This document shows positions 1 through 13,385 of a DNA stretch of 64,000 nucleotides, piece after piece. Source of the stretch: an uncultured Rhodospirillaceae bacterium. GTDB taxonomy: Bacteria; Pseudomonadota; Alphaproteobacteria; Rhodospirillales; UBA2165. The translations under genes and the position numbers were made by a program. Position 1 is the first letter of the stretch. Each line of letters opens with the position of its first letter. The notes below the pieces were generated by a model. It did not search any database, was not told the origin of the DNA, and saw only the letters and a program-made list of their open reading frames with translations. The stretch is taken from contig CAZNLR010000025.1 of NCBI GenBank assembly GCA_964574215.1, positions 1,818-65,817 on the forward strand, given 5' to 3'.

Positions 1-1
1 T

Positions 2-1135
2 CAGCATCCGGCGGCCCACGGTGTGCTGCGTCTGGTCTTGGAATTGGATGGCGAGATCATTGACCGCGCCGATCCCCATATCGGGTTGTTGCACCGGGGC
101 ACGGAAAAGCTGATCGAACATAAATCCTATATACAGGCCGTTCCGTATTTTGATCGGTTGGATTACGTATCGCCGCAGAATCAGGAACATGCCTTTGCCT
201 TGGCCGTCGAAAAACTGGCCGGCATCGAAGTGCCGCCGCGCGCCCAGTACATTCGCGTACTGTACGCGGAAATGGGCCGCATTCTGAACCATATTCTGAA
301 TGTCACGTCTTATGCCATGGATGTCGGTGCTATGACGCCTTTTTTGTGGGCTTTTGAGCATCGCGAACTGTTGATGGAATTCTGTGACCGCGTCTGCGGT
401 GCGCGCCTGCATATGGCGTATTTCCGGCCGGGCGGCGTTGCCATGGAACTGCCCGACGGTTTGCTGGAAGATATAGATGCCTGGGCCGATACCTATCCGC
501 AGATGATCGATGATCTGGAAGGGCTGCTGACCGAAAACCGAATTTTCAAACAGCGCACAGTCGATATCGGCGTGATAAGCCAGGATCAGGCCCTCGACTG
601 GGGCTTTACCGGTCCTAACCTGCGGGCGACCGGCCTCGCCTGGGATTTGCGGAAGTCTCAACCTTACGACGCTTATGACAAAGTCGATTTCGATATTCCC
701 ATCTCTAAGCATGGTGATTGCTACGACCGCTATCTGCTGCGCATGTATGAAATGCGGGAATCAGTGAAGATCATCAAACAGTGCGTCGAACAGATGCCGG
801 TGGGACCCGTGAAAGCGGTCGATCACAAATTTACGCCGCCGGACCGCGCCGAGATGAAGCAGTCGATGGAGGAATTGATCCATCACTTCAAACTGTTTAC
901 CGAAGGCTATCATGTTCCTGCCGGGGAAACTTACACGGCGGTCGAAGCGCCCAAGGGCGAGTTCGGCGTCTTCCTGGTTTCCGACGGCACCAACATACCG
1001 TACCGCTGCAAAATCAGAGCGCCGGGTTTTGCCCATCTGCAAGCCTTGGACATGTTAAGCCAAGGGCACATGCTGGCGGACGTGGTCGCCAATATCGGCT
1101 CCCTTGATATCGTTTTCGGAGAAATTGATCGATGA
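2..1135 (+). CDS. nuoD: NADH-quinone oxidoreductase subunit D (5' truncated by window edge)
   Basis: Frame open from position 2 ([11 protein letters not shown]); motifs [22 protein letters not shown]; ends DIVFGEIDR. Confidence 0.97.
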   Translation, partial: QHPAAHGVLRLVLELDGEIIDRADPHIGLLHRGTEKLIEHKSYIQAVPYFDRLDYVSPQNQEHAFALAVEKLAGIEVPPRAQYIRVLYAEMGRILNHILNVTSYAMDVGAMTPFLWAFEHRELLMEFCDRVCGARLHMAYFRPGGVAMELPDGLLEDIDAWADTYPQMIDDLEGLLTENRIFKQRTVDIGVISQDQALDWGFTGPNLRATGLAWDLRKSQPYDAYDKVDFDIPISKHGDCYDRYLLRMYEMRESVKIIKQCVEQMPVGPVKAVDHKFTPPDRAEMKQSMEELIHHFKLFTEGYHVPAGETYTAVEAPKGEFGVFLVSDGTNIPYRCKIRAPGFAHLQALDMLSQGHMLADVVANIGSLDIVFGEIDR

Positions 1136-1743
1136 ATGCTGAAGTAAAAGACGTCGACCAGCCCGAAAGCTTCGCCTTTACGGCGGAAAGCATGGAGAAG
1201 GCGCAGGAGTATATCGCCAAGTATCCAGAAGGCAGACAGCAGAGCGCAATTATGCCGTTGCTGGACATCGCGCAGCGCCAGCATGACGGCTGGTTGCCCC
1301 GGGCCGCCATGGACTATGTGGCCGACCTGCTGAGCGTGCCCCACATTGAGGCCTACGAGGTCGCCACCTTCTACACCATGTATAACCTGAAGCCGGTGGG
1401 CGAGAACCACGTTCAGGTCTGTACCAATCTGCCGTGTTGGCTACGTGGTTCCGATAAGGTTACCGGGGCCTGTAAAAAGTCACTCGGTATCGGTTTTGGC
1501 GAGACGACCGAGGATGGAAAATTCACCCTCAGTGAGGTCGAGTGCCTCGGCGCCTGTGTCAACGCGCCGATGGTGCAGATCAATGACGACTACTATGAGG
1601 ATTTGGACGAAACCAGCACAGAATCCATCCTCACCGAAATCAAACTGGGCGAAAAACCCAAGACCGGTTCTCAGATCGGCCGGAAGTCCTGTGAACCCAT
1701 TGGTGGCCTGACGTCATTGACGGACGGCGAGGGGGATGCGTGA
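1132..1743 (+). CDS. nuoE: NADH-quinone oxidoreductase subunit E
   Basis: VATFYTMY; CTNLPC...CLGAC 2Fe-2S ligands; ATGA overlap with nuoD. Confidence 0.96.
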   Translation: MNAEVKDVDQPESFAFTAESMEKAQEYIAKYPEGRQQSAIMPLLDIAQRQHDGWLPRAAMDYVADLLSVPHIEAYEVATFYTMYNLKPVGENHVQVCTNLPCWLRGSDKVTGACKKSLGIGFGETTEDGKFTLSEVECLGACVNAPMVQINDDYYEDLDETSTESILTEIKLGEKPKTGSQIGRKSCEPIGGLTSLTDGEGDA

Positions 1744-3026
1744 TGTTGCAGGATAAAGACCGCATCTTTACCAATATCTACGGCTTAAACGATTCCGGCC
1801 TGGAGGGCGCAAAGTCCCGGGGCGACTGGGACGGCACCAAGGAATTGCTGGCCAAGGGCCGCGATTGGATCGTCGAAGAGATCAAGGAATCTGGCCTGCG
1901 CGGTCGCGGCGGAGCCGGATTTGGTACGGGATTGAAATGGTCCTTCATGCCCAAGGAATCCGATGGGCGGCCCCATTATCTGGTGGTCAATGCCGACGAA
2001 GGCGAGCCCGGTACCTGCAAGGACCGGGAAATCATGCGTCACGACCCCCAAAAGTTGGTGGAAGGATGTTTGGTCGCCTGTTTCGGCATGGGCGCGCACG
2101 CAGCCTATATCTATGTCCGGGGCGAATTCTACCGAGAAGCGGAAGCCCTGCAACGGGCCATCGACGAGGCCTATGAAGCCGGATTGATCGGCAAGGACGC
2201 CTGCGGCTCCGGTTGGGATTGCGATGTGTTTATCCATCGCGGCATGGGCGCTTATATTTGCGGTGAGGAAACCGCCCTGATTGAAAGCCTAGAAGGCAAG
2301 AAGGGGCAGCCGCGTCTGAAACCGCCGTTCCCCGCCAACGCCGGTCTTTATGGCTGCCCGACAACGGTCAATAATGTGGAATCCATTGCCGTGGCGCCGA
2401 CCATTCTTCGCCGGGGCGCGGAATGGTTTGCCGGTTTCGGCCGCGCCAACAATACCGGCACCAAACTGTTCAACATTTCCGGCCACGTGGAGCATCCCTG
2501 CACGGTCGAGGAAGAGATGAGCGTTCCCCTCAAGGAATTGATCGAGAAACATGCCGGCGGCGTGCGCGGCGGTTGGGACAATCTGCTGGGTATTATTCCC
2601 GGCGGCGCCTCGGTGCCGGTTTTGACCAAATCTCTCAGCGAGACGGTTTTGATGGATTTTGATTCCTTGAAGGAAGCGCAATCGGGTCTCGGTACGGCGG
2701 CCATCATGGTGATGGACAAATCCACCGACATTATCGCGGCCATTTCTCGCTTGTCGTCATTTTACCGCCACGAAAGCTGCGGCCAATGCACGCCGTGCCG
2801 CGAAGGCACCGGCTGGATGGCGCGAATGATGGCTCGCATGGTGGATGGCAATGCGACGCTGGAGGAAATCGATATTTTGGAACAGGTCACACGTCAGGTC
2901 GAGGGTCATACCATATGCGCCCTGGGCGATGCGGCGGCGTGGCCGATCCAGGGATTGATCCGGCATTTCCGGCCCGAAATGGAACAACGGATCGAAGAAG
3001 CTAAAAAACGGAGCGCAGCGGCCTAA
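1743..3026 (+). CDS. nuoF: NADH-quinone oxidoreductase subunit F
   Basis: [39 protein letters not shown]; alternative GTG start at 1740. Confidence 0.97.
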   Translation: MLQDKDRIFTNIYGLNDSGLEGAKSRGDWDGTKELLAKGRDWIVEEIKESGLRGRGGAGFGTGLKWSFMPKESDGRPHYLVVNADEGEPGTCKDREIMRHDPQKLVEGCLVACFGMGAHAAYIYVRGEFYREAEALQRAIDEAYEAGLIGKDACGSGWDCDVFIHRGMGAYICGEETALIESLEGKKGQPRLKPPFPANAGLYGCPTTVNNVESIAVAPTILRRGAEWFAGFGRANNTGTKLFNISGHVEHPCTVEEEMSVPLKELIEKHAGGVRGGWDNLLGIIPGGASVPVLTKSLSETVLMDFDSLKEAQSGLGTAAIMVMDKSTDIIAAISRLSSFYRHESCGQCTPCREGTGWMARMMARMVDGNATLEEIDILEQVTRQVEGHTICALGDAAAWPIQGLIRHFRPEMEQRIEEAKKRSAAA

Positions 3027-3053
3027 GGCCGCGCTCGGAATAGAGGAATACAC

Positions 3054-5075
3054 ATGCCGAAGCTGACCATAGATGGCGTGGAAATTGAGGTAGAAGCCGG
3101 ATTGACCGTCTTGCAGGCTTGTGAGCTGGCAGGCGTCGAAATTCCCCGTTTCTGCTATCACGAACGTCTGTCGGTTGCCGGTAACTGCCGCATGTGTCTG
3201 GTGGAAATGGAACGGGCGCCTAAGCCCATTGCTTCCTGCGCCATGCCGGTCGGCGACGGGATGGTCATTACCACCAATTCCGACACCGTGAAAAAAGCCC
3301 GCCAGGGCGTCATGGAATTCCTGCTCATCAACCACCCGCTGGATTGCCCCATCTGCGATCAGGGCGGCGAGTGTGATTTGCAGGATCAAGCCATGGGGTA
3401 TGGCTTCGATCGGTCCCGCTTCCTGGAAGGCAAGCGTTCCGTCGAAGACAAATATATCGGCCCGTTGGTCAAAACGGAAATGACCCGCTGCATTCATTGC
3501 ACTCGCTGCATTCGCTTTTCGACCGAAGTAGCGGGCGTACCGGAAATGGGTGCGACAGGGCGCGGCGGTCATATGGAAGTCGGTACCTATGTCGAAAAAG
3601 CGCTATCATCCGAGTTGTCAGGCAACCTGATCGATCTTTGCCCGGTGGGCGCTTTGACCTCCCGGCCTTATGCCTTCACCGCCCGGCCCTGGGAATTAAA
3701 GCGGACCGAGTCCATCGATGTTCTGGACGCCCTGGGCGCCAACATTCGCGTCGACGCGCGAAGCGGGGAAGTTCTGCGGGTGATGCCGCGCAACAATGAC
3801 GATATCAACGAAGAATGGCTCTCCGACCGCAGCCGCTTCGCCATCGATGGTTTGAAGCGCCAACGCTTGGATCAGCCCTACCTGCGGCAAAACGGCAAGT
3901 TGCAGCCGGTTGAATGGCAGGATGCCCTATCCGCCGTCGCCGACAAGCTAAACGGCGCAGACGCCGCCAAGATTGCCGCCTTGGCCGGCGACTTGGCCGA
4001 TTGCGAAGCCATGTATGCCCTGAAGGAATTGATGGGGTCCTTGGGGTCCTCCAATTTGGAAAGCCGGCAGGACGGCTCCATTGTGGGCGAGGGCTCCCGT
4101 TCCGGCTATCTGTTCAATTCGACCATCGCCGGTGTCGACGAGGCCGACGCCATTTTGATCGTGGGGTCCAATCCGCGTCTGGAATCGCCGGTGCTCAATG
4201 CCCGCATCCGCAAACGTTATCTGGCCAGCGGTCTGCCCATTGGCGTGGTCGGCCCGGAATACGATTTGACCTATCGTCATCAAAATCTCGGCGATGGCCC
4301 GCAGGTCTTGAACGACATTCTGTCAGGCTCAAACGATTTCGCCCAAGCGTTGAAAAACGCCGAACGGCCCATGATCATTGTCGGTATGGGCGCGCTTAAT
4401 CGCGGTGACAGCAATGCGGTCCTCGGAACCGCCCGCAAGATCGCCGAACAATACGGCATGGTCTCGGGCGATTGGAACGGTTTTAACGTATTGCATCTGG
4501 CGGCGTCCCGCGTCGGCGCATTAGATCTTGGCTTCCTGCCCGGTGAGGGTGGGTTTGACCTTGGTGGTATGGATGTCGTGTATCTGTTGGGCGCGGACGA
4601 GTTCGACATGACCTTGCTGGGCGATGCATTCGTCATTTACCAGGGCCATCACGGCGATGCCGGCGCCCACCGCGCTGATGTCATTCTGCCGGGTGCGGCC
4701 TACACGGAAAAGAACGCCACTTACGTTAATATGGAAGGGCGCGTACAGCGCACGGCGTTGGCCACGTTCCCGCCGGGCGAAGCGAAAGAGGACTGGGCGA
4801 TAATCCGGGCGCTTTCGGATGCGGTCGGCAAGACCCTGCCGTTCGACAGTTTGGCCGAGCTTCGGGGCAAAATGCCGTTGGGCGAAGCGGATAAAATCAA
4901 CGCCGCCGAATGGGATGACTTCGGTCAGGATGGCGACATGAGCGGCGACCCGTTCGTCTCGCCGGTAACAAATTTCTACATGACCGATCCGATCAGCCGC
5001 GCCTCGGCGACCATGGCCGAGTGTACATCGGTACATTCCGGTAATAGCCAGGAAAGGACCGGCACCGATGGTTGA
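3054..5075 (+). CDS. nuoG: NADH-quinone oxidoreductase subunit G
   Basis: [34 protein letters not shown] Fe-S motifs. Confidence 0.97.
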   Translation: MPKLTIDGVEIEVEAGLTVLQACELAGVEIPRFCYHERLSVAGNCRMCLVEMERAPKPIASCAMPVGDGMVITTNSDTVKKARQGVMEFLLINHPLDCPICDQGGECDLQDQAMGYGFDRSRFLEGKRSVEDKYIGPLVKTEMTRCIHCTRCIRFSTEVAGVPEMGATGRGGHMEVGTYVEKALSSELSGNLIDLCPVGALTSRPYAFTARPWELKRTESIDVLDALGANIRVDARSGEVLRVMPRNNDDINEEWLSDRSRFAIDGLKRQRLDQPYLRQNGKLQPVEWQDALSAVADKLNGADAAKIAALAGDLADCEAMYALKELMGSLGSSNLESRQDGSIVGEGSRSGYLFNSTIAGVDEADAILIVGSNPRLESPVLNARIRKRYLASGLPIGVVGPEYDLTYRHQNLGDGPQVLNDILSGSNDFAQALKNAERPMIIVGMGALNRGDSNAVLGTARKIAEQYGMVSGDWNGFNVLHLAASRVGALDLGFLPGEGGFDLGGMDVVYLLGADEFDMTLLGDAFVIYQGHHGDAGAHRADVILPGAAYTEKNATYVNMEGRVQRTALATFPPGEAKEDWAIIRALSDAVGKTLPFDSLAELRGKMPLGEADKINAAEWDDFGQDGDMSGDPFVSPVTNFYMTDPISRASATMAECTSVHSGNSQERTGTDG

Positions 5076-6099
5076 GTTCTGGTGGATATATATTTGGCCG
5101 GTCGTCTGGATCGCTATTAAGATTATTCTTTTGGTGGTGCCGCTGCTGATGGGCGTCGCCTATTTGACCTATGCCGAGCGCAAAGTGATCGCCGCCATGC
5201 ATCTCAGGCGCGGTCCCAACGTGGTGGGACCCTACGGGCTGTTACAGCCCATTGCCGACGGCATGAAACTGTTCTTCAAGGAAACCGTCATTCCTTCCGG
5301 CGCCAACCGGGGGGTGTTTCTTATTGCGCCCATGTTGACGTTTGTCCTGGCCCTGGTGGCCTGGGCGGTCATTCCGGTGGGAGACGGGCTGGTGATCGCT
5401 AACATCAATGTCGGCATTCTGTATCTATTCGCGATATCATCTTTGGGCGTTTACGGCATTCTAATGGCCGGTTGGGCAAGCAACTCCAAATACGCGTTCC
5501 TGGGCGGGCTCAGGTCGGCGGCCCAGATGGTGTCCTATGAAGTCTCCATGGGTTTTATCATCATCACGGTATTGCTGGTGGCCGGATCATTGAATCTGAG
5601 CGACATCGTCATGGCCCAGAAGAACAGCGTCTGGTTCGTTATTCCCATGTTCCCCATGGCGGTGATTTTCTTCATTTCGACCCTGGCGGAAACCAACCGG
5701 CATCCCTTTGATCTGCCGGAGGCCGAGGCCGAACTGGTGGCCGGGTTTAATGTGGAATATTCGGCCATGGCATTTGCTCTGTTCTTCCTGGGCGAATACG
5801 CCAACATGATTTTGATGGCCGGCATGACCACGATCCTGTTCTTCGGCGGCTGGTTGCCGCCGTTCGATATCGTGCCGTTTACCTGGATTCCAGGGCCGAT
5901 CTGGTTCGCCGCCAAGATGGCGTTCCTGTTGTTTATTTTCTTGTGGGTGAGGGCGACCTTCCCACGTTACCGCTACGATCAATTAATGCGACTGGGCTGG
6001 AAAGTCTTCCTGCCGATTTCACTGGCCGCCGTCGTGATCGTCGGTGGTGCAGTCGTGGCGTTCGATATCGCGCCCCTGACTAATCAAGTGGGTAACTAG
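5068..6099 (+). CDS. nuoH: NADH-quinone oxidoreductase subunit H
   Basis: [34 protein letters not shown]. Confidence 0.97.
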   Translation: MVEFWWIYIWPVVWIAIKIILLVVPLLMGVAYLTYAERKVIAAMHLRRGPNVVGPYGLLQPIADGMKLFFKETVIPSGANRGVFLIAPMLTFVLALVAWAVIPVGDGLVIANINVGILYLFAISSLGVYGILMAGWASNSKYAFLGGLRSAAQMVSYEVSMGFIIITVLLVAGSLNLSDIVMAQKNSVWFVIPMFPMAVIFFISTLAETNRHPFDLPEAEAELVAGFNVEYSAMAFALFFLGEYANMILMAGMTTILFFGGWLPPFDIVPFTWIPGPIWFAAKMAFLLFIFLWVRATFPRYRYDQLMRLGWKVFLPISLAAVVIVGGAVVAFDIAPLTNQVGN

Positions 6100-6121
6100 G
6101 GGTGGTAAAGGGTTCTGAGCG

Positions 6122-6610
6122 ATGAGTTTTATCGGTAGAAGCGCAAAAACCATTTTCCTCACTGAACTTGTTTCGGGGATGTCGCTGACGCTGCGGTATT
6201 TCTTCCGGCCAAAGGTGACCCTGAATTATCCCTATGAAAAAGGCCCCTTGAGCCCGCGCTTCCGCGGCGAGCATGCGCTTCGTCGCTATCCCAACGGTGA
6301 GGAGCGCTGCATCGCCTGTAAATTGTGCGAAGCCATCTGCCCGGCCCAGGCCATTACCATCGAAGTGGCCCCCCGCGAGGACGAAAGCCGGCGGACCACC
6401 CGCTACGATATCGATATGACCAAGTGTATCTATTGCGGCTATTGCCAGGAGGCCTGTCCGGTGGATGCCGTCGTGGAGGGGCCGAATTTCGAATTTGCGA
6501 CGGAAACCCGCGAAGAACTGATGTACGACAAAACCAAACTGCTCGCCAACGGCGACCGGTGGGAAACCGAACTGGCGGCGCGCTTGGATGCGACCGCGCC
6601 CTATAGGTAA
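6122..6610 (+). CDS. nuoI: NADH-quinone oxidoreductase subunit I
   Basis: Two CxxCxxCxxxCP motifs ([24 protein letters not shown]). Confidence 0.97.
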   Translation: MSFIGRSAKTIFLTELVSGMSLTLRYFFRPKVTLNYPYEKGPLSPRFRGEHALRRYPNGEERCIACKLCEAICPAQAITIEVAPREDESRRTTRYDIDMTKCIYCGYCQEACPVDAVVEGPNFEFATETREELMYDKTKLLANGDRWETELAARLDATAPYR

Positions 6611-6673
6611 TAAAAGGAAAAACGAACCGATGAGTATTGTGAAGGTCAAAATGTTACAGATGAGGAGGCGCGC

Positions 6674-7282
6674 ATGATCGTCCAGGCGCTCGTCTTTTAT
6701 CTGTTCGCGGCCATCACCGTTGCCGCTGCCGTTATGGTGATCTCAGCGCGCAACCCGGTTCATTCGGTGTTGTTCCTGATCCTTGCGTTCTTTAATTCGG
6801 CGGGCCTGTTCGTCCTCTTGGGGGCTGAATTCCTGGCCATGATCCTGGTGGTCGTCTATGTGGGCGCCGTCGCCGTGCTGTTCCTGTTCGTCGTGATGAT
6901 GCTGGATATCAGCTACGCCGAAATGCGGGAAGGGTTCCTGCAATATCTGCCTCTGGGCGGGGTCATCGGCCTTATCCTGTTGATGGAGCTTTTGGTAATC
7001 GTGGGCGGCTGGGCCTTTGCGCCGGAAGCGGCCAAAGTCATCGCGGCACCGGCTTTCGAGACCGTCGCCAATACGGAGGCGCTCGGTAATCTGCTGTACA
7101 CCCATTATGTCTATTACTTCCAGGCGGCCGGCATGATTCTGCTGGTGGCCATGATCGGCGCCATCGTTCTGACCCATCGGTCCCGTGAAGGCGTGCGCAA
7201 GCAGAAAATCGCGGACCAGGTGGCCCGCCGTCCGGAAGATACGGTTGAGATCAAGAAAGTTGCGTCGGGGAGTGGGGTGTGA
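6674..7282 (+). CDS. nuoJ: NADH-quinone oxidoreductase subunit J
   Basis: [26 protein letters not shown]; GAGGAGG RBS. Confidence 0.96.
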   Translation: MIVQALVFYLFAAITVAAAVMVISARNPVHSVLFLILAFFNSAGLFVLLGAEFLAMILVVVYVGAVAVLFLFVVMMLDISYAEMREGFLQYLPLGGVIGLILLMELLVIVGGWAFAPEAAKVIAAPAFETVANTEALGNLLYTHYVYYFQAAGMILLVAMIGAIVLTHRSREGVRKQKIADQVARRPEDTVEIKKVASGSGV

Positions 7283-7593
7283 TGTTTGAAATCGGTTTAT
7301 CGCATTACCTGACCCTGGCTGCGATCCTGTTTACGTTGGGCATCTTCGGTATTTTCCTTAACCGGAAAAATGTCATCATCATTCTGATGTCCATCGAATT
7401 GATCCTGTTGTCGGTCAACATCAATCTGGTGGCGTTCTCCGCCCATCTGGGAGACTTGATGGGGCAGGTGTTCGCGCTCTTTGTTCTGACCGTTGCCGCA
7501 GGTGAAGCGGCCATCGGCCTGGCCATCCTGGTGGTCTATTTCCGAAACCGCGGCTCCATCGCCGTCGAAGACATTCACGCGATGAAGGGGTAG
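7282..7593 (+). CDS. nuoK: NADH-quinone oxidoreductase subunit K
   Basis: [17 protein letters not shown]; alternative GTG start at 7279. Confidence 0.96.
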   Translation: MFEIGLSHYLTLAAILFTLGIFGIFLNRKNVIIILMSIELILLSVNINLVAFSAHLGDLMGQVFALFVLTVAAGEAAIGLAILVVYFRNRGSIAVEDIHAMKG

Positions 7594-7601
7594 GGGGGCA
7601 C

Positions 7602-9557
7602 ATGTACACAGCAGCAGTATTCCTTCCCCTGTTGGGCAGCTTGATCGCCGGTATTCTGGCCTATGCCTCGCCGGACGAAAAAGAAGCCAAGGCCAAATAC
7701 GATTCGGCCGCACAATATATTACCTGCGGCGCCATGCTGTTGGCCGCCGCCGCGGCAGTATTCGTGTTCATGTCAGTGGTGGTGAACGGCCAGACCGGTA
7801 ACGTGGAACTGTTTACCTGGATGGATTCAGGTTCCCTCGAATTTTCTTGGGAACTGCGCGGCGACACCATGAGCGTGCTGATGCTTTTGATGGTGACCGT
7901 GGTTTCCTCGATGATCCATATCTATTCCATCGGCTATATGCATCACGACGGATCGATCCCGCGCTTCATGAGTTACCTGAACCTGTTCTCCTTCTTCATG
8001 CTGATGCTGGTGACCTCCAACAACCTGATCCAGCTGTTCTTCGGCTGGGAAGGGGTTGGTTTGGCGTCCTACCTGCTGATCGGTTTCTGGTACGACAAGC
8101 CGTCGGCCAACGCTGCCGCCATCAAGGCATTCGTGGTTAACCGGGTGGGCGATTTCGGCTTCGCACTCGGCATCTTCGCCACCTTCATGCTGTTCGATAG
8201 CGTCGATTACGACACCATTTTCGGATTGGCCCAAGGTAAAGCGACCGCCAACATGACCATCTTCGGCGGTGATTTTCATGCTTTGACGGCGATCTGCCTG
8301 CTGCTGTTCGTCGGTGCCATGGGCAAATCGGCGCAGCTTGGCCTCCATACCTGGCTGCCGGACGCCATGGAGGGTCCGACACCGGTCTCCGCCTTGATCC
8401 ATGCCGCGACCATGGTAACCGCCGGTATTTTTATGGTGGCCCGTCTGTCACCCATGTTCGAGCACTCGCAAATCGCCCTCAACGTGGTGACCATCGTCGG
8501 CGCCTCGACAGCCATCTTTGCCGCCACGGTGGGTTGCGTCCAGAACGACATCAAGCGGGTGATTGCCTATTCCACTTGCAGCCAGTTGGGTTACATGTTT
8601 TTCGCCCTCGGCGTTTCCGCTTATTCGGCGGGCATGTTCCATCTCATTACCCACGCGTTCTTCAAGGCGCTGCTGTTCCTCGGCGCGGGCTCCGTTATCC
8701 ACGCCATGTCCGATGAACAGGATATGAGAAATATGGGCGGGCTCTATAAGCTGATCCCGGTGACCTATGTACTGATGTGGATCGGCAGTCTGTCATTGGC
8801 GGGCATCTGGCCGTTCTCTGGCTTCTATTCTAAAGACATTATTTTGGAAGCGGCCTGGGGCGCCCATACGGGCTTCGGCCAATATGCGTTCTGGCTGGGC
8901 ATCTGCGCCGCCTTCCTGACGGCGTTCTATTCCTGGCGATTGATCATAATGACCTTCCATGGGACCTCCCGGGCGGACGAAAAGACGTTGGCCCATGTCC
9001 ATGAATCGCCCAAGGTTATGCTGCTGCCGTTGGTGGTCTTGGCTATCGGTGCGATCTTCCTGGGTTTCGCCAGCTTCCAGTATTTCGTCGGCGAAAGCAC
9101 CGTTCAATTCTGGGGCAACTCGCTGTTTGTTCTGGATAGTCATAAGGCTCTCGAGAACGCTCATCATGTTCCCATCTGGGTCAAATATCTGCCCCTGGTG
9201 GTCGGTCTCGCCGGGATCGGCTTGGCTTATCTTATGTACATGTTCGCGCCGGAACTGCCGGGTGCGCTGGCGGCCGGTTTCCAGCGGACGTATCAATTCC
9301 TGCTCAATAAATGGTATTTCGACGAGCTTTACGATTTCCTGTTTGTCCGGACGGCTTTCAAGCTGGGCCGCGGTTTCTGGAAAGCGGGCGACGGTCTGTT
9401 GATCGACGGCGTCGGCCCCGACGGGTTTGCGGCGGCCGTGAAATTGTTGGCCCGCCGGGCCGGAGCTTTACAGAGCGGTTATTTGTATCACTACGCCTTC
9501 GCCATGCTGGTGGGCGTCGCCGGGTTGATCACCTGGTTCCTGGTTATGGGGAGCTGA
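7602..9557 (+). CDS. nuoL: NADH-quinone oxidoreductase subunit L
   Basis: [32 protein letters not shown]. Confidence 0.97.
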   Translation: MYTAAVFLPLLGSLIAGILAYASPDEKEAKAKYDSAAQYITCGAMLLAAAAAVFVFMSVVVNGQTGNVELFTWMDSGSLEFSWELRGDTMSVLMLLMVTVVSSMIHIYSIGYMHHDGSIPRFMSYLNLFSFFMLMLVTSNNLIQLFFGWEGVGLASYLLIGFWYDKPSANAAAIKAFVVNRVGDFGFALGIFATFMLFDSVDYDTIFGLAQGKATANMTIFGGDFHALTAICLLLFVGAMGKSAQLGLHTWLPDAMEGPTPVSALIHAATMVTAGIFMVARLSPMFEHSQIALNVVTIVGASTAIFAATVGCVQNDIKRVIAYSTCSQLGYMFFALGVSAYSAGMFHLITHAFFKALLFLGAGSVIHAMSDEQDMRNMGGLYKLIPVTYVLMWIGSLSLAGIWPFSGFYSKDIILEAAWGAHTGFGQYAFWLGICAAFLTAFYSWRLIIMTFHGTSRADEKTLAHVHESPKVMLLPLVVLAIGAIFLGFASFQYFVGESTVQFWGNSLFVLDSHKALENAHHVPIWVKYLPLVVGLAGIGLAYLMYMFAPELPGALAAGFQRTYQFLLNKWYFDELYDFLFVRTAFKLGRGFWKAGDGLLIDGVGPDGFAAAVKLLARRAGALQSGYLYHYAFAMLVGVAGLITWFLVMGS

Positions 9558-9561
9558 GGCG

Positions 9562-11076
9562 ATGAATGATTTTCCCTGGCTGTCGGTAATCACATTTGCG
9601 CCCCTGGTCGGCGTCTTCTTCATTCTCCTGATCAGGGGAGATGAGGAAATTGTCGCCAGAAACGCGCGCTGGGTCGCTCTGTGGGTGTCCTTGATTACGT
9701 TTATTGTATCCTTGGGCATCTGGATTAACTTCGACAATTCCACCGCCGCTTTCCAGTTCGAGGAAAAAGCCGTTTGGATGCCGGCGCTTGGTCTGGCCTA
9801 TCACATGGGCATCGACGGCATTTCCATGTTCTTTGTCCTGCTGTCGACCTTGCTGACCGTTATCTGTGTCGGCGCCAGCTGGATCACCATCACCGACCGG
9901 GTGAAGGAATACATGATCGCCTTCCTGGTGCTGGAAACCTTAATGGTCGGTATGTTCTCGGCGCTGGACCTGATCCTGTTCTACGTCTTCTTCGAAGGCG
10001 TCTTGATCCCCATGTTCTTGATCATCGGTGTTTGGGGCGGGCCGCGCCGGAACTACGCGGCCTACAAGCTGTTCCTCTATACCCTGGCCGGATCGGTGCT
10101 AATGCTGTTGGCGATCCTGACCATGATCGTGCAGTCGGGCACCGCCGATATTCCGACCTTGTTGAAACACAGTTTCCCGGTTGAATTGCAGCCGTGGCTG
10201 TGGCTGGCCTTCTTCGCCTCCTTCGCGGTCAAGGTGCCCATGTGGCCGGTTCATACCTGGCTGCCGGACGCTCACGTGGAAGCGCCTACGGCCGGATCGG
10301 TCATCCTGGCCGGCGTGCTCCTGAAATTCGGCGGCTATGGCTTCCTTCGGTTCTCGTTGCCTATGTTCCCGCTGGCCTCGGCTGATTTTACACCGTTGAT
10401 TTACGGGCTGAGCATCGTCGCCGTTATCTATACGTCGCTGGTGGCGCTGGCCCAGGAAGATATGAAAAAGCTGATCGCCTATTCGTCGGTGGCGCATATG
10501 GGTTTTGTCACCATCGGCACCTTTGCCGCCAATGTGCAGGGGATTGAAGGCGCCATCATTCAAATGCTGAGCCACGGCATTGTATCCGCCGCGCTCTTCC
10601 TCGTGGTCGGGGTCGTTTATGACCGCCTGCATTCGCGGGATATCGAGACTTACGGCGGGCTGGTCCATCGCATGCCGGCTTACGCGGTCTTCTTTATGAT
10701 CTTTATGCTGGCGTCGGTCGGTCTGCCGGGCACCAGCGGTTTCGTCGGTGAATTTTTGATCCTGGTCGGCGCCTTTAAAGCCAACAGCTGGGTCGCCTTG
10801 CTGGCCGCGACGGGTCTTATCCTGGGTGCAGCTTACATGCTTTATCTCTACCGCCGGGTAATCTTCGGAGAACTGACCAAGGAAAGTCTTAAATCGGTCC
10901 TGGATATGAGTCCCCGTGAAATTGCCATTTTCGCGCCGTTGCTGGCGATTGTCTTTATCATGGGTATCTATCCGACACCGTTCCTGGATGTCATGCATGT
11001 GTCAGTGGAAAACCTCATTCAGCAGTATCAAAGCGCGTTGGCGGCGGCACAAAATGTCACCGTTGTCGCCAAGTAG
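9562..11076 (+). CDS. nuoM: NADH-quinone oxidoreductase subunit M
   Basis: [36 protein letters not shown]. Confidence 0.97.
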   Translation: MNDFPWLSVITFAPLVGVFFILLIRGDEEIVARNARWVALWVSLITFIVSLGIWINFDNSTAAFQFEEKAVWMPALGLAYHMGIDGISMFFVLLSTLLTVICVGASWITITDRVKEYMIAFLVLETLMVGMFSALDLILFYVFFEGVLIPMFLIIGVWGGPRRNYAAYKLFLYTLAGSVLMLLAILTMIVQSGTADIPTLLKHSFPVELQPWLWLAFFASFAVKVPMWPVHTWLPDAHVEAPTAGSVILAGVLLKFGGYGFLRFSLPMFPLASADFTPLIYGLSIVAVIYTSLVALAQEDMKKLIAYSSVAHMGFVTIGTFAANVQGIEGAIIQMLSHGIVSAALFLVVGVVYDRLHSRDIETYGGLVHRMPAYAVFFMIFMLASVGLPGTSGFVGEFLILVGAFKANSWVALLAATGLILGAAYMLYLYRRVIFGELTKESLKSVLDMSPREIAIFAPLLAIVFIMGIYPTPFLDVMHVSVENLIQQYQSALAAAQNVTVVAK

Positions 11077-11100
11077 GTCGGAAAGAAGGAATTTAGGTCT

Positions 11101-12582
11101 ATGCCATTAGCTGCCTTACCCAATCTGACACCGGCCATTCCGGAGATATTTCTGGCCATCTCGTCGATGCTGCTGCTGATGCTGGGCGTCTATTCGCGCA
11201 AGAAAACGGCGATGACGACGGTCTCTTATGGCAGTGTGATCATTCTGATCCTGACCATTCTGTTTGTCGGCCTTTCGACGGAGGGGCGGGCGACCACCTT
11301 TGCGGGCGCTTTCGTCACCGATACCTTCGCCGTCTATGTTAAGGCCCTGGTTTTGCTGGCGGCTGCGGTGGCCGTATTGATGTCGCGGGAGTATCTGGTC
11401 AATCAAGGCATCGACCGTTTTGAATTTCCCATCCTGATCGTTTTGTCGTCGCTGGGCATGATCATGATGGTCTCGGCCAATGATCTCATTTCCCTTTATA
11501 TGGGGCTGGAACTGCAAAGCCTGGCGCTGTACGTCATCGCCTCGTTCCAGAGGGACAGCCTGCGTTCCGCCGAAGCCGGATTGAAGTATTTCGTCTTGGG
11601 CGCTTTAGCGTCAGGCCTTCTGCTTTACGGCATGTCGCTGGTCTATGGGTTCTCCGGCACGACCAATTTCGACACTCTCGCCAAATTGTTCCAGGGGGGC
11701 CACGGTGCACCCTCGATCGGCCTCATTGTCGGTATTGTCTTTATTTTGGCTGGATTGGCCTTCAAGGTCTCCGCCGTGCCGTTCCATATGTGGACGCCAG
11801 ATGTTTATGAAGGCGCGCCGACGCCGGTAACGGCTCTGTTTGCTGTGGCGCCTAAGATCGCCGCCATGGGACTGTTCATCCGGGTTATGACCGGTCCCTT
11901 CGGTGACTTGGGCGCGCAATGGCAACAGATCATCATATTTATCTCCATGGCCTCCATGGTGCTGGGCGCCTTTGCCGCCGTTAATCAGACCAACATCAAA
12001 CGCCTGATGGCCTACAGCTCCATCGGGCACATGGGTTACGCCCTGATCGGTTTGGCGGTGGCCGGGCACACGGGTGACGCCGCCATCCGCGCCGAAGGCG
12101 TGCAGGGCATGTTGGTTTACCTGGCGATTTACCTGTTTATGAATGTAGGCACTTTCGCCTGCATATTATTGATGCGCCGGAACGAACGCATGGTCGAAAA
12201 CATCGACGATCTTGCCGGTCTGTCGAAAACCAATCCGGGCATGGCCCTGGCTTTGTCCCTGTTCATGTTCTCCATGGCGGGCATTCCGCCCATGGCCGGC
12301 TTCCTGGGCAAGCTGTATATTTTCCAGGCCGCCGTACATGCCGAACTGTATGCCTTGGCCATCATCGGTGTGCTTTCCAGCGTGGTGGCGGCCTACTATT
12401 ACATCCGTATCATCAAGGTGATGTATTTCGACGACGTGGTCGAGGAACTGGACGGCGCCATCAGTATGGAGATGAAGGGAATTCTGGCCGTCAGCGCCCT
12501 GTTTGTCCTGCTGTTCATTTTCTATCCGACGCCGATTTTGAATGGTGCCCAGGCCGCGACCGCCGCACTGTTTCCGGGTTAA
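11101..12582 (+). CDS. nuoN: NADH-quinone oxidoreductase subunit N
   Basis: EAGLKYF, FKVSAVPFHMWTPDVYEGAP, KRLMAYSSIGHMG. Confidence 0.97.
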   Translation: MPLAALPNLTPAIPEIFLAISSMLLLMLGVYSRKKTAMTTVSYGSVIILILTILFVGLSTEGRATTFAGAFVTDTFAVYVKALVLLAAAVAVLMSREYLVNQGIDRFEFPILIVLSSLGMIMMVSANDLISLYMGLELQSLALYVIASFQRDSLRSAEAGLKYFVLGALASGLLLYGMSLVYGFSGTTNFDTLAKLFQGGHGAPSIGLIVGIVFILAGLAFKVSAVPFHMWTPDVYEGAPTPVTALFAVAPKIAAMGLFIRVMTGPFGDLGAQWQQIIIFISMASMVLGAFAAVNQTNIKRLMAYSSIGHMGYALIGLAVAGHTGDAAIRAEGVQGMLVYLAIYLFMNVGTFACILLMRRNERMVENIDDLAGLSKTNPGMALALSLFMFSMAGIPPMAGFLGKLYIFQAAVHAELYALAIIGVLSSVVAAYYYIRIIKVMYFDDVVEELDGAISMEMKGILAVSALFVLLFIFYPTPILNGAQAATAALFPG

Positions 12583-12595
12583 GTTCGATACCGTT

Positions 12596-13360
12596 ATGAC
12601 CGACAAACCCCAAATGCCGGCGGGGTACAGCCTGCAGATATTCGAAAGCATCGACAGCACCAACGACGAACTGAAGCGCCAACTCGCCGGATCGTTGGTT
12701 TTGCCCGAGGGTGAGGTCATATGGTCGAAAATCCAAACCGCCGGCAAGGGACGTCAAAAACGAGTCTGGATATCGGAACCCGGTAATATGTTTTGCTCCG
12801 TCCTGTTTCGGCCCCAATGTGATATGGCCAGCGCCGCCCAGATCGGGTTTCTGCCCGTACTTGCCGCTTACGATGCATTGTTGGATATGCTCGGTAAGAA
12901 CGCGCCGCTCAGATATAAGTGGCCCAACGATCTGCTGCTCGACCGTCAGAAGATTGCCGGTGTTCTATTGGAATCAACGGTCGGCCAAAACGGTTTGCCC
13001 CAATGGGTTATTGCGGGGTGTGGCGTCAATCTGAACTCACATCCCGGCGACACACATTTTCCCGCAACCAACGTAGAAGCGGCGACCGGTAAAAAAATCG
13101 CCGTCGGAGAAATGCTGGCTGCCTATTGCGCGGCTCTGGCCGGCTGGTACAAAACGTGGCGCGAGGAGGGCTTTGCGCCGGTTAGAAGACACTGGCTTGC
13201 CGCGTCGCATGTTTTGGATGAACCGCTGACCGTGTCGACGTCCAACGAAAAGATATCCGGCGCCTTTCAAGACCTTGATGAACAGGGGGCTTTGATCTTA
13301 AATACCGAGCAGGGTCCTCGCCGGTTCGCCGCCGGTGACGTATACTTTCCCGATATTTGA
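12596..13360 (+). CDS. birA: Biotin--[acetyl-CoA carboxylase] ligase (no N-terminal HTH)
   Basis: DSTN, QTAGKGRQKRVW, KWPND, KIAGVL; ATG at 12596 preferred over the track start that overlaps nuoN. Confidence 0.92.
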   Translation: MTDKPQMPAGYSLQIFESIDSTNDELKRQLAGSLVLPEGEVIWSKIQTAGKGRQKRVWISEPGNMFCSVLFRPQCDMASAAQIGFLPVLAAYDALLDMLGKNAPLRYKWPNDLLLDRQKIAGVLLESTVGQNGLPQWVIAGCGVNLNSHPGDTHFPATNVEAATGKKIAVGEMLAAYCAALAGWYKTWREEGFAPVRRHWLAASHVLDEPLTVSTSNEKISGAFQDLDEQGALILNTEQGPRRFAAGDVYFPDI

Positions 13361-13385
13361 TTTAATTGATTTTAGAGAAACTTCT

